Shown here: positions 36,880 to 49,625 of the stretch, piece by piece
How the letters are laid out: every line of letters begins with the position of its first letter
How positions within the stretch are numbered: the first letter of the stretch is position 1
Assembly (NCBI RefSeq): GCF_036321535.1
Contig: NC_087437.1
Coordinates: 121,026,001 to 121,086,000, forward strand
Reading direction: 5' to 3'
DNA: 60,000 bases
From: Camelus dromedarius
Lineage: Eukaryota
The notes under the pieces: model-generated
Databases searched by the model: none
What the model was told of the DNA's origin: nothing
What the model saw: the letters and a program-made list of their open reading frames with translations, nothing else
Position numbers and translations under genes: made by a program

Positions 36880-37800
36880 ATTCTCCCCAGTGCGGGGCGG
36901 GGCTGGACTCTGTCACGGGCGGGGCTCTGGGCCAGCGGTCCGGCCCACAGCCCATGGACACACCCTCACCGAAAACCCCACCCCAGGCCCCGCCCCGTGT
37001 AGCCTCTGCAGCCCCGCCCAAGGCACGCCCCTTGCCCTCAGGTCCCCTGTTGTCCAGGCCCCGCTCCACCCAAGACTCCGCCCAGGCCCCGCCCCTCCCC
37101 ATCATTCGCCCGCGGGCCCCGCCCCTAATTCTCAAGCCTTGCGTCGTCCAGACCCCGCCCCGCTCCGGACTCCAACTCGCGGCACTGGCTACCCCCCAGG
37201 CCCCGCCCTGTGTAGCCTCAGCTGCCTCACCCAAGGCCCCGCCCCTCGTCTCCTGGTCCCGCCCCTCTCTGGACTCCACCCCGCCTCCCAGACTCCGCCC
37301 AGGCCCCGCCCCGCCCCGCCTCTAGCCCGCAGGCCCCGCCCCGCCCGCGCAGGCCGAGCCGCGTGTGTCCCGAGCGGCCGCAGACGTGGGCGCAGGCCTC
37401 GGGTGGCCGCCGCGCCCGAGTGTGACGCCAGGTCGGGTTCAGAGCGGCCGAGAGCCTCGCGCACGGCAGCCTCCGGACGCGGCCGCGCAGGTAAAGCCCC
37501 CGCCCCGCCCCGCCCCGGGAGCGTGGACACTCCAACCCCGTTCATCCACCGCCCAGGAATCCCGAGGGTCCTTCGGGTCCGGGGCTCGGGGATCCCCAGG
37601 TCCCGGGGCCGGGGTCCCCGACACCGCGCCCCTCCCGCCCAGGCCCGGCGCGGCCCCGTCACTCCACGCCCAGCGCGGGCCGCGCGCCCAGGGCTTGGCT
37701 TTTTCTCTTTATTCGGTTCCCTTCTTTTTCAAACATTACTGAAATAAAAGGCGCCGACTCCAGTGCCGGTGCCCGTGGGTGATTGTTCCCCTGAGGACCG
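36880..37800 (+). promoter_or_regulatory. LRRC3: CpG island / LRRC3 promoter with many Sp/KLF GC boxes
   Basis: Very high CpG density and more than ten CCCCGCCC motifs, about 1 kb upstream of the LRRC3 CDS. Confidence 0.85.
37340..37490 (+). other. LRRC3: Probable non-coding exon 1 of LRRC3 (start approximate)
   Basis: Follows the GC-box cluster; donor GCAG|gtaaag at 37490/37491 pairs with acceptor gctgattactctttttcttttag|AAC at 38308/38309. Confidence 0.65.
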
Positions 37801-38469
37801 ACCGAGGAGCGCTTTTGTTATTATAATTTATAAAGGGATTGTCGGAATAGCAAAGGGCTGAGCTTCTGACAGCAGCCTAGCCCCGCGGCGATGAGGGCGC
37901 CCTGGGTTCCCAGCTTCCCAGCCGTAGCTGGCGGTCTCCCCTGCATTCCAGTTTCCTAGGAAAACCCTGCAGCCCAGTCTTCCTGGTTTCCAGCCCCAAG
38001 GAACTAGGAGGGGGTTGACCCCCATCACCCGTGCTGTCCAGGCCCAGGGCCCCCAAGGTGTGCAATGGGTGTGTCCAGGGAAGGGTGGCAGGATTCTCAG
38101 ACCACTTTGCTGTGCACTGGCCCTCAGCCAGCGGTCAGCACGACCTTGCTCTTCTGGGTGGCAGTGGGAGTCTCCCAGAGTAAGTTACACAGGCCCCCTC
38201 AGGTCAGACACTTTTGTTTGCCTGTGACATCTCCCTGGAGGCCGAAGTGTGCCCCCTGGTCTCCAGCTGGACCACAGCCAGCGATGCTGATTACTCTTTT
38301 TCTTTTAGAACTGAAAGAGAGCGCCGTTCTTCCTGGCACGTGAGGAAGGAGAGTTTATGTCTGTATGGGATGGTCACTTGCGCAGCGGAGGCCAGGGAGT
38401 GGGGGAGAGTGGACCCCCAGCAGTGAGTGAGAGCAGCGGGCCACCCGTCCCCAGGCGCTCGAGGTCAGG

Positions 38470-39243
38470 ATGGGCCCCACAGGCAAACAGAGTCCCTCGT
38501 CCCTGCCAGTCCCCACGGGAGGGTCTTGCCTCCTCCTCCTCTTCTGCCTGCGGTTGGGGACCTCTTGCCCACAGAGCTGCCAGTGCCCTGACCACGCGGG
38601 GGCTGTGGCCGTCCACTGCAGCGCGAGGGGCCTGCAGGAGATCCCCAAGGACATCCCCGCCGACACTGTGCTCCTGAAGCTCGACGCCAACAGGATCGCC
38701 CGCGTCCCCAACGGAGCCTTCCAGCACCTGAACCAGCTGAGAGAGCTGGACTTGTCCCAGAACGCCATCGAGAGCATTGGCCCCGCCGCTTTCTCGGGCC
38801 TGGCCGGGGGCCTGCGGCTGCTGGACCTGTCTCACAATCGCATCCGGAGGATTCCGAAGGACGCTCTGGGCAAGCTCAGTGCCAAGATCCGCCTGTCGCA
38901 CAACCCGCTGCACTGCGAGTGTGCCCTGCAGGAGGCCCTGTGGGAGCTGAAGCTGGACCCCGACTCCGTGGACGAGATCGCCTGCCACACCTCGGTGCAG
39001 GAGGAGTACGTGGGGAAGCCGCTGATCCAGGCCCTTGACTCCGGCGTCAGCTTCTGCAGCATCCACCACAAGACCACCGACGTGGCCATGCTGGTCACCA
39101 TGTTCGGCTGGTTTGCCATGGTGATCACCTACGTCGTGTACTACGTGCGCCAGAACCAGGAGGACGCCAGGAGGCACCTGGAGTACCTGAAGTCCCTGCC
39201 CAGCACCCCTGTGTCCAAGGACCCCATCAGCCCTGCGCCTTAA
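38470..39243 (+). CDS. LRRC3: Leucine-rich repeat-containing protein 3, 257 aa, single coding exon
   Basis: Signal-like LLLLFCL, LRRNT CPQSCQC...VHC, LxxLxLxxN repeats, LRRCT NPLHCEC, TM DVAMLVTMFGWFAMVITYVVYYV, tail RQNQEDARRHLEYLKSLPS; lies between TRPM2 and TSPEAR. Confidence 0.97.
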   Translation: MGPTGKQSPSSLPVPTGGSCLLLLFCLRLGTSCPQSCQCPDHAGAVAVHCSARGLQEIPKDIPADTVLLKLDANRIARVPNGAFQHLNQLRELDLSQNAIESIGPAAFSGLAGGLRLLDLSHNRIRRIPKDALGKLSAKIRLSHNPLHCECALQEALWELKLDPDSVDEIACHTSVQEEYVGKPLIQALDSGVSFCSIHHKTTDVAMLVTMFGWFAMVITYVVYYVRQNQEDARRHLEYLKSLPSTPVSKDPISPAP

Positions 39244-42200
39244 TGCCCACTGGCTCGAGCAGCCCGAAGCCCACGTGTCTCCCATCGCTTTTGTAGCAGA
39301 TGGTGACTGACTCACGCCTTTGATGTTCCCTTGGTGAGGTGGTGACACGGTTGCTTCTGTCCAGTACTTCCTGATTACACAGCACTTTCCCTTAGGGCAG
39401 CGAGTGGCTGTAGCATCCTTCAGGCCAGGTAATTTTACCGTCAGCCCCAGGGGCGGAGAGGTGGAGTATCGCAGCCGGAGACGACCCGCTGCGATGTAAA
39501 GCCGGGCAGTCTGTCACCATGTTCAGTGTCCCTTCCACTCTGGTAGCCTGTCCCCGGGGCACCCAAGCATTCAGACAAGAGTGAGTGTGTGCCCTTGATT
39601 GAGGCTCCCCGAGGACAGTGGGTGCCTTCTGTCACTTGAAAGCACAGGTGATCCTGTATGTGGAACTGACTTGCCTCTGCATCCCCAGTGTTTCCTGAAC
39701 ATGTTTGACCGCAGCACTCTGTCCAGAGCGAAGCGGTAGAGACCAAGGGTTTTTGGAGAGGTGAGTGGAGTGTCTAACCTTTGAACGACTCTTTTGTTTA
39801 TTCTCAGAATGTTTGTTAAGAGTAACACTTGTACCAAAATTTCAGTCCAGGAAGAAGGAAAAAAACAACCCAAACCAAAAAGCAAACAATCAAACAACCC
39901 CCCCACCACCACCAAAAAAAAACCATGGAGAGGAACCTGAGAAGGGTCCACGGTGGCTCGTCAAGGGGGCAGAGTCAAGACGAGCAGGGTCCTGCCCGGT
40001 CCCTGTCCTCCGCCCGCGCCCGCTCGGGGCAGGGGGGCCGTCATCTGGGGTCGCTACGTGCCTTGCTCTTCTGCTCGCTGAAGCCGCTCCTTCCCAGAGG
40101 ACGGGAGGGCTGACTGATGTTTCAAGGCCAATCAGTAGGATGACTCCTTTTCGCCAGCAGCGGGAACTCTCTCTCTCTCTCCTTTTCAGCTTTGCTGCCA
40201 GGAATCTCAGAGCAACTTTAATGCTCAATTTTCTTACCTACTTCAAGTTCAGGGTAGACCTTACCTCCACCTAAGTAACCCTGACTTGTCTTTCCAATTT
40301 TATTTTTTACTGGTTTTTTTTTTTGTATGAGTGTTTATATTTTACACTAATTCAAATATTTTGGGGGGAAGCAAGAAGGGGTACATCACTTAGGGATCTG
40401 AGGAATAAAGGACAGAAGCCTTTCTCAGCAGACTCTTAGAAAGGATGAAGACTGAGGGAGGTTTGCATTGGAAGGTGTCATGTGACTTGCAGCAGGAAAC
40501 AGATTTACAGCACACACAGCCGAGACCCGAAAGGCACATCTGAACAAGGTCATGATTTTTCAGTTGTGATGCATTAAAAAGAAACAACCAAGAGATGCCA
40601 ATACTCTCCCACACCCAGACGCCTCTCTCCTGCACTCACGGGGGTCTGTGCACAGCCACACGGTGTGAATGGGGGCTCTGTGCTGTGAGTGTGGGTGGGC
40701 GCTTCTCTGCCCACCGTCCCGACCAGGGGTGCCGGCGTGGGAGGCAGGGCTCAGGTGATGCTCCGGATGATGCCAGTCCTCACGGAAACGGGCGGCCCGC
40801 CCATCTTTCCAGTGAGAGCTAAGACCAAGCAAGTGGACCTGGGCGTCAGTCCACTTGTGGGACAGATGCCACGTGGAGCAGGTAAGTGTGGCTGCTGGCT
40901 GACCAGGGGAGGCAGGCTCCTTGGGGGAATTAGGTCTCCCCTCCCCACCCATCCCGGGGTACACACAGGAGGGAAAGGGGCCCTGCCACACCAGGAGCTT
41001 GCCGCCTGGTGAGCTTGCCTGGTGGTCGTGACCCTGGGTCAGGGGGAAGGGAGACTGAGACCTGGCTGGAGGTGGGGGCGAGTGTTGGGGTCCTGCTGCT
41101 GCGGGTCACGTCCTTTGGGTGCGAGCCAGCCTGGGCACCTCGGGGCCTTTCTCTGCCACTGGGAGCTCTTCACTTGCTCTTAAGCAGAATCAGCCCAGGG
41201 CCTGGATGCTGCCCAGAAGCTCTTCTGGGGGCGCACAGGGAGTGGGTGGGCTCCTCCCCTCCCCTCCTTTCTGCTGGCCCCCAGCCCCCAACCCACCTTC
41301 CCCTTGGTGTGGGCCTGCCAGCATCCTGTTCCACTCTGCGGGGACGGGGACATGGGCCCAGGACCTCGGAGCACACCAGAAGGGCCCCTCTCTGCCCAAG
41401 TCCAGAGTCGGGGGCTGCCCCTCCCTCCTGGCCTCTCTGGGCTCCTCACCCCTTGTGGAGTCTCCCAGGAGAGGATACCTACCTCCAAAGACCACCAGGA
41501 CCCCAACTGCAGGACCTGGAAGCCCCTTCCTGCTCATGGGAGCCCCCACCCCTGGTGCCTGGGAGCCCTTGGCTCTCCTGGGGTGCAGCCCTCTCCTCCC
41601 CCCTCTCCTCCCTTCCCCTTCTCGGATTTCCCCTTCCCTCCCCTAAGGGGCTCCTAAAGATGATGTCCTGTCTGCGCCCACCCTGTTCCTTGCAGCTATG
41701 TGTGTGCGGATGCCCGGACCCCCACGGGCTTCATGCTGACTCCCCACCTCGACCCCAGCACCCATGGGCCCGGTGTGAGCGGGCATTTGACCCCATCTTC
41801 TAGTTCTGCAGAGGCCGGGGTCAAGCCAGCCCCATGAATGGGACCTGTGTTGACAGGGGTGGGGACAGGGCAAAGGGGGTGCCTCAACTGGCCCGTGTCT
41901 GTTGGGAGGCAGTGGGATGGCAGCCTTTGTGGGACACAGGTGACCCCTGGCTCTCGTTACATTCCAGGTAAGAGGCCTCAAAGAGCTTCATGCGCATGGC
42001 CTTGCTTACCCCTACCTGCAAAGCCCCTCTTGCCTTGGGAGGTAGCACTTCACAGGGTCCGGGTGGGATGACTTTGGGGTTCCTCCTGCAGCAGAGGTGT
42101 GGCGGGAGCAGACTGGCCCAAGAACCACCCTGCTGAGCCTCTTTTCCTTCCCATGGGAGTTGAGGGGGGCCTCAGGGCCAGAGTGGGGGGAGGGGAGAGG

Positions 42201-43169
42201 CAGTGAGGGGGTCATGGGGCACTGTGGGGCCCCTTGGGAGCCGGTCCCCCGACCAGGCCACTCGGGTTTGAGATGAGACTTCCTTCTCTCTTGGTCCCTG
42301 GCCTCACCACGGATGGTCCGCTTGGAAACTGGAGCCTCACCCTTGACCTGACCCTGGGAAGGGATGCCCCACATTCACAGCTTCCTGACACCCCTGCCTC
42401 CCTTCCTCTTCGGACTTCGGGGCCCTGAGAGGCCCGCCCGGCCATGCCCTTGGGTGGTCTAGCAGTAGGGGGCGAGCAGGTGTACTGCTGAGCCCCAGCA
42501 GGGCCGGCCTGACACGCGGGAGCTGTCCCTGGTGGGGTGGACTCCCTGCACAGAGGAGGCTCCCAGCTCTGCTCCAGAAATGCTCCCAGGCCCCCCGGGA
42601 GGCTGGCGGCAGGCTGTAGACAGACCTCGAGGCTGGGGCTGGGAGGGAGGTGCTGGCACCCTCAGATGCGTGAACTGGCTCCTCTCCTGGAAGGGCCTGG
42701 ATGCGGGAACCAGGGACCGCCCGTACCACAGGGCCCCAATTCCCCTCGCAGATGGACGACAGTTTCAGTTGTGAGACTAGGGTTAAATGGATGTGCTCTG
42801 TTCCTAATGGAAAGTTGCTCCAGGCAGATGGGGCAGGGTGTACAGGAAAGCAGGGGCCGGTCAGGTTTAGCTCCTCAGCTGGTCATGTTCACTCAGACAT
42901 CCAAGGAACGTGTACACTCAGACGCCCCCTCAGCCAGGGGTTCCAGCGGGGCCAGCTGCCTTGGACGGCTCCTCCCAAGGGTCAGCAGAGTCCCAGGGCC
43001 TCAGCAAAGCCAGGGCGGGAACGCACAGGCCACCTTCCTGGGAGCTAAAGGCAGCCGAGGTGGCCCGGGGCCTGGGCATTGCCGGGGCCCCGTGGGCCCG
43101 CTCCTGCGCATTGCTCCCGGGCTCCTTTGCAGCGGGTCCCTCGGATGTGTTTGCACGAGGCTTGGGTCC

Positions 43170-43975
43170 TGGACTGAGTGACCCGGGGAGGAGGCCCTGC
43201 AGACTGCGGTCCAGGTGGAACATTCTGGACCTGCAGCCACTCCCAGCCTTGGCGGGAGCTGGGGGCGGTTTCGGGGGTTGTCTTTCCTGCAAGCTTGGCC
43301 CCAAACCCAGTTCTCCTGTCCTCCCTCCTGCCTGTGAACCCTCAATAAACCTCTCTGTGTTTAAAGTCTGTTGTCTGTGGCCCCGCAGCCCCCAACTCCG
43401 CCCAGACTCACCCTCACGGCAGACCCGGGCTGGGGATGGTGCCGTGGGTGCTGGGCCGGCTTGGACTGGCTCGAGCCAGCTTGTGATGGCTGATTGTGAA
43501 CTTTTTAGGACTTTCGTGAGCCCGCTGACATCATGTTGACTTGAGGGCTTTTACTTCAAGGCAGCCACAGTCGGGATCCCCTCTCCTGCCCCGAGGAGGT
43601 TGCTCGCACGCTGCTGGGGTCCCCTGGGGGACCCCGCCTGCCCCCAGTGAGCCGATTCTGCGTTCATAGCACTTCCCCTCGACAGGCAAGTTCGGGCAGA
43701 ACAGTGGTCCCCCAGGAAGTCCGAGTCCTAGTCCCAGGAACCTGTGAAGATGAGGGAGGGCCGCAGGCCAGGGTGCGGGCGCCTCTAGGAGCTGGACGAG
43801 GCCGGGCATGGGGTCTCCCCTGGAGCCTCTGGGGGGAAAGCCGCCCGCACCTTGGCTTTGTCCCAGTGAGACCCATTTTGTACGTCTGGCCCCAGAATCC
43901 TAAGAAAATAAATTCATATTGTTCAGGCCACTATGTGTGTGGTCCTCTGTGACAGCAGCCTCAGGGACTGACACA
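43170..43975 (+). mobile_element. Two MLT-type LTR fragments
   Basis: ctgtgaaccctcaataaacctctctgtgtttaaag near 43340; cccctggagcctct ... cagtgagacccatttt ... aagaaaataaattcatattgtt ... gtgacagcagcc..agggactgacaca near 43820-43975. Confidence 0.6.
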
Positions 43976-44239
43976 GCCTCCACACAGAGCAGCCAGCGTG
44001 GTCGGAGCAGATGGCCACCCGGGCTCCATGGCCACCTTGCTCGTCCTCACTGAGTCCTGATTCCTGGGCTCAGTGTCTGTTTAACATTGTGGCCGAGTGA
44101 CCACAGGGCTCACTTCTCCTGTTGGCCTCACCCCCTCTCCTGCGAGACAGGAGCTCCCCCTGGACCAGGGCCCAGGGAGTGCGCCGGTGGGGGCGCAGCG
44201 GCGCTGGAGCTCCCACCCTGCTGGCCCCCATGGTCCTCG

Positions 44240-44495
44240 CACACACCAGACACTCACGCTCCACTACACACGTCCGCTGTGTGAACACAGACACAGTCCT
44301 GCACACACACCTGCACACACACTCATGCACATGTGCACAGCAGGCACAAACACTCACGTTCACTGTGCACACACACCAGGCGAGCCCACTCACGTTTAGT
44401 TGTACAGATTCACTCTCGTGTTCACACAGGGCCATACACCACACACTGGCACACGTCCCCACTGGCAGGTGCACACACGCACACACACACATTCA
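44240..44495. repeat. Degenerate (CA)n-rich tract
   Basis: Interrupted cacacac runs. Confidence 0.8.
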
Positions 44496-44959
44496 TCTCT
44501 CCCTGTCCAGGGAAGGTCTGGAGCCCCTCTCAGCCTCGCCCACCACAGGCTGCAGAGAGGGAAGGCCTTGCCGGCCCCTGACCCAGGGCCTTGGGGGGAC
44601 CCCACTCGTGCCAGGCTGGGTGCGGGGCCAGAATCGGAGGCAAGGACCGTGCACTGGGAGAGAAGTCTCTTCAGGGGGCGGCAGCTTCAGGCCCGGCTTG
44701 GGGGAAGGGCAGCTGGGTGAGTCAGTGAGGGCAGGCTGTGCTTGGGAGGCCCCGGCGGAGGACGAGCTGACGTGCTGACACGATGAGACTCGGGGATCAG
44801 CGGTGCCCGAGCTGAACGGCCTCTTTGGAACCAGGCGTGAAATCAGTGCTCAGGCCTCCAGGACGGGCCCAGGGCCACCCGCCGGCCGGGAAGGGGCAGA
44901 AGGCGCGAGGACAGGGTCTGCCCGCAGCTGACTCTCACAGCGGCCTAGTGCGGCCGGGA

Positions 44960-45085
44960 AGATTTCTATTTTCAGATGAGAAACCTGAGAATCTGAGACC
45001 CAAGGGGAGAAATGACGGGGACCCGGGAGTCGGTTTGCTGGGGGCAGAGCAGGGCTGGAATCCCAGCCTTCTGACGCCCAGGCCT
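44960..45085. mobile_element. MIR fragment
   Basis: attttcagatgagaaacctgag ... ggcagagcagggctggaatcccag..ttctgacgccca. Confidence 0.55.
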
Positions 45086-47684
45086 GGAAGTTCTCACTCA
45101 GGAAACGCGGGCCCTGGAGTGCTGTCAAAACAAAGAGGCAAGTCCTGGGTTTAGCACCACGGTGAAGGACAGCCCGTGGGAGAGGCAGAGCAGAGCCTGG
45201 GCTCCCCAGTCCCCTGCCTGCGTGCAGCCGTGCTGGCCAGGGGCAGGGGTGCCCTCGCTGGGAATGGGGTGCCCCGGGGGTCTGCCTCTGTAACCATGGC
45301 AACCGGCTAGAAGGAGGGTGGGTGCGGTGTTGGCTGCCAGGCTGGGCCTTCAGAGGCAACTGCACACCTGCCTGGTGTTCCTTGCAAGGTGAGGTGAAGA
45401 GTCAGCGCCCCAGAGCGACCAGCACACTGGCCGATCTTCCTCCTGAGCCCAGCTGCTCTTGGAGAAGAGGGGCATTTGAAGGGCTGCAGAGGCAGTGGAG
45501 GGAGAAGCAGCCTGGGAATAGTTGGAGAGTGGCTGCTAGGCCAGGACACCCATCCCAGAGCCCGTGTTGGCAGCCAGCCCTCACTGTGGACAGGGAGGCT
45601 GAGGCACCGAGTGGTAGTGGACTTGCCCAAGGGCACGTGAGCTGGTGAGGGGTCAGCTGGAGTGTGACCAGGCTGCCGGGCAGCAGTGACCGGCAGACAG
45701 ATATCCCGCAGCCTCCATGAAGCCTCTGCAGGCGGGCAGTTAAGATGCTGAGAACTTCCCGAAAGAGGGAGAGCACGTTGGTGTAACGATACGGTGACCA
45801 CGTTCACCCGATTTGTAGCTGTGGCAAGCGTAGCTCTCAGAGCGGAGTCAGGACACCGAGTTGCCACCTGTTGAAAGTCCCTTATTATTTCAAGTCACAT
45901 CTGACTCCCAGTGCCCGGCCAGCCCAGGGCAGGGACCCCCGTGAAAATGCTTGCCGTGGCTCTGCCTGCATCCCTTTCATGCCTGCCCAACCACACGCAC
46001 ACTCAGACTTCTGGAAGAGTAGTGATGGGGCCTGGAGACGTCTCTGGGCAGCGGTCATCTCTGTGCTGGAATTCCCTGAGGGGCCCGTTGTCTGAGACCG
46101 TGTTCGGGGTGGGCACCTAGGCCCCCTGGCAGAGCTCTGAGCCACTGCCCCTGCCAGGCCCCACCAGGGCAGCCCCTCCACCCTCATGGGTGAGCTGGAG
46201 GTGGCCCCCTGGGGTGGGCACATGCAGTCCTGCTCCCCAGAGCCCTTGGCAACCCCCTGTCTTGGCTCAGCTGGCAGCCTCCCTGAGCACACTTCTGGGA
46301 ACCAGCCAGGGCAGACCTTGCCTGGCTGGAATCCAGGACTGGGATCTGCTGAGTCTCTGCGGGTGGTCATCACCCGGGGTTAGTGGCCTTGGCCAGAAGG
46401 CGGCCCTGCATGTGATCAGTTCCCCAGTTCCCTGCCAGGTTCCCCCGGGCTTAGCAATCTCACAGGGGTCACTGGATCAAGGACTCAGAATGGACACCAA
46501 GCCTCCTGTCCTCGCCCCAGGCTGAGAAGTCGCCTTGGAATCAGAGCCTGCCAGTCTGGTGTCGCAGTAATCAGAACACCAAGACTGAGGCTTTCCGGGC
46601 CGGCAACTTGCAAACAGAAGAGCCGCCTGGCTCAGTTTTTAACTGTTTAGCAGCCCCAGGAGCAGGAGCTGGTCAGGCCCTGGTCACCGTGGCTGGCCTG
46701 GGGACGCCTGCTGTTGTGACATTTGCTCGATGACCTGTGGGCATAGCTGGCCGACTTAAGTCTGTTTTCCACCGGTCAGACTTCCTCTGCCATGAATATT
46801 TGCTTGTGTCCTGTGTGGGGCGCCGTGTTTGCGTTTGTGAGGCTCCTCAGACTCGAATACTGACTTCTGAGTGAAGCCGGCCCCAGTCTGTAGTCCTTTC
46901 TGCCGTTTGCCCTGGCATCTCAAGTCTACTTGTTTGTATTTTTAAAAGATACAAAGTTACGTGTTTAACAAATATATCAACTGCACATAACACTGTAACT
47001 TTCTGTCTCGCCTTCCCTTTTCGTTTACTTCATTCACTTCCTTCGTTTTTCCCTTTAGAAACTCTCCCTCCAAGTGGAAAAAGAAATTCTATTCCAGACC
47101 TTCTATTTACAACATCTGTAACTCTAATTTTTCCAAATTACGCCATGCCAGGTTGAACTGTTTAATTTTAGTATAATTAATCCCTGGAGTCCAACCTTTC
47201 CCTCATTTTTTCAAAATGTTTTTGCCTATTATTTCTTTGAGATGCTCTTATGGGTCACTGCATTAATTAAAAAGGGCAGCGTTGGGATTTTGACCGGCAC
47301 TGCATGAAACTGCAGAGCAACTGGGGAAATCTTGATGATGTTAGGTTGTCAATTTGAAGATTTGTCCAAGTCTTCACCTGTCTCTTGCAGCCGGATTTCT
47401 GTGGCCTCCTTAATGTCTGTCTGCAGGGAGTTCAGGCGGCTGTAACCAGGTACTGCTGTGTCCAGGGGAGACTGTGCATCCTTGTGAACGTTATCATTCT
47501 GTCGGGTGAAAAGCTCAAGGGACGTGACTGAATGCAGCTCTGTCCTCTTCCCTCACCCTCACCCCCGCCCCAGGAAAGTTCCCGACTGGCCGTGAGCTCT
47601 TGGGGAACAGGAGGGGTTCCAGGACACCAGGCAGGAGGGGGTCTCGGCTCTTCCAGGCGGTACAAGTCAGGAGGGGTCGGAACC

Positions 47685-48148
47685 CCAGGAGCAGTTGGCA
47701 GCCCTCGAAGAACCCCGTTCCGGGCCCCGAACCTGTGAGTATGTTACGCTGCACAGGCGGGGGCCTCAGGCTTGCTGGCTCGTTGACCCCCGGGAGACGG
47801 ATGGCATCCTGGATCGTCCATGCGGGCCTCATGCGGCCTTCAGGGTTGTTACAGGCAGAAGGCGAGGCAGAGAGAGACAGAGGAGGTGGCGTGATAGGGA
47901 CGCCACTGCCTGCGGCCGGCGGCGAAGGTGCAGGAGGGGCTGTGAGCCAAGCACGTGGGCCCACCTCGAAGCTGAAAAAGGCGGGAGACACTCTCCCCTG
48001 GAGCCTCAGAAGGAACCAACCCTGCCCACACCTTGATTATGTCCAGTGAGACCTGGAAGGGACCTCCGACCTCCAGGACGGGGAGACAACGTTGTTCCGT
48101 TATTTTAGGTGCGTGATATCTGTCACAGCAACGTGGGAAATGAAGGCA
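47685..48148 (+). mobile_element. MLT1C/D-type solo LTR
   Basis: gaacctgtgagtatgttac ... ctctcccctggagcctcagaaggaaccaaccctgcccacaccttgatt ... tgtcacagcaac..ggaaatgaa. Confidence 0.75.
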
Positions 48149-48529
48149 TGGACCACCTGCTGCTTCGCGGGCACGCTGGTGGCGCCAGTCTGCTGTCCTC
48201 TCGACACAGGACGAGTAGGGTGGGCTCTGATCCTTACACATGTTTAGTGGTCAACTGAACCCACAAAGTCCTCGTACTGTTTCTAGCAGGTTCCATCAGG
48301 CAGAGACTGCAGGGCATCACTGTCTGTCTCCTTTCTCACACAGCGTCTCTCTGCCCTTTGCTCTCACCGCAGAGGCCAGAACTGCCTGGACTTTGGTGCG
48401 TAAACAGTGGTGCCACCAGGCCCCTGGTGCGTCCCTGATTATAATCTGAGGGCTCCCGTGTCTGACGGTAACTGTACTGCTGGCCACCGGCCTGAGTGCT
48501 TCTCTGTTACCATGAATTACAGACATGGA

Positions 48530-49005
48530 AGAGGGTCCCCGCTTTGGAGAACCGTCTGATTTGTTACAAAGTGAAGTTCTGCTGCCGGATATTTACCAAG
48601 AGAAATAAACACACGTGTCCACACAAAATTATTCAACATGTTTACCACAGCCCCAGACAGCAGCCACCCCAAAGCAGATCAGTAGGAGAACCGGTAAACA
48701 AGTGATGGGACATTCACACGATGGAGCAAAGCCACAAAGCGAGCCGTGAAAACCGGCAGTGAAAGTGAAGAAACTGTGGGCGCAACAATGCGGATGAAAG
48801 TCAGAAGCACTAAGCTGAAAGGGAAACAGACCAGAACCTCCCGCCACAGAGAGCAGGTGGCGGAGGAGGGACCGGCCACAGGGGCGCGGGGGGCTCCTGT
48901 GGGCCGGAAACACTCCAGCCTTGTTTGGGAGCCAGTGCGTGCACAGGTGCAGTTGGCAAAGCTCACCAAACAGAACGTTTAAGGTCTGTGCATTTTAATT
49001 AAATA
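48530..49005 (+). mobile_element. Old L1 3' UTR fragment
   Basis: atttaccaagagaaataaacacacgtgtccacacaaaa ... taaggtctgtgcatttta. Confidence 0.65.
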
Positions 49006-49625
49006 AAATTAAATACATTAAATCAAAATAAAATTATGTGAAGATAAGGGTCCCTAACAAAATTAAAAATAATATTTCAGAGTCATAAAAAGAACCACAG
49101 GCCTCACTGAGATGCGCTTCCCTGGGTTTGCTCACATGCTATTGGCGTAGTGGATTATTTTAAGGGCTCTCCTCATATTAACTGCCTTTCTGCTGGTGAA
49201 GAAACCGTCCTCAGGCATTACACGGCACTGACAGCTTCGATTTGCAGCATGTGGTTCACATCAATGAATCTACGTCCAAAAGTAGGGCAAGTCCATCGTT
49301 TTCTTCCAAATGTGGTTTAAGTCCAATTTTGTCCAGGAAATAGAGGTGGCAGGTCAGTGACAATGACGTGGGCACTGCAGTTGCCCACATGTCTGGGAAC
49401 TGTGCTGGGGCCGCCCGGCACTCACAACACGTAATCCTTACCGTAGCGCAAGGGACGAGAGTCCTCCTCCCTATGTTAGACCTGGGGGGATCTGGGCACC
49501 AGGGTGTGGGGATTCAGTAACTTGCTCAAACAGTGAGTGGAAGAACCAGGGTAATAACTCTTCTCTGTCTGACCGGAGAGCTGTGCTTTTCACAGTCCTG
49601 CTGGACTGTGTCTTCTCAGCAGTGT

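Noticed and set aside
36285..37747. Long ORFs of 346 aa and 363 aa over the LRRC3 upstream region
   Set aside because: They run from an L1 3' UTR into a CpG island, have low-complexity Pro/Arg/Ala content and no domain; stop codons are rare in GC-rich DNA
38374..39348. 324-aa antisense ORF over LRRC3
   Set aside because: Shadow ORF caused by the high-GC3 codon usage of the real CDS
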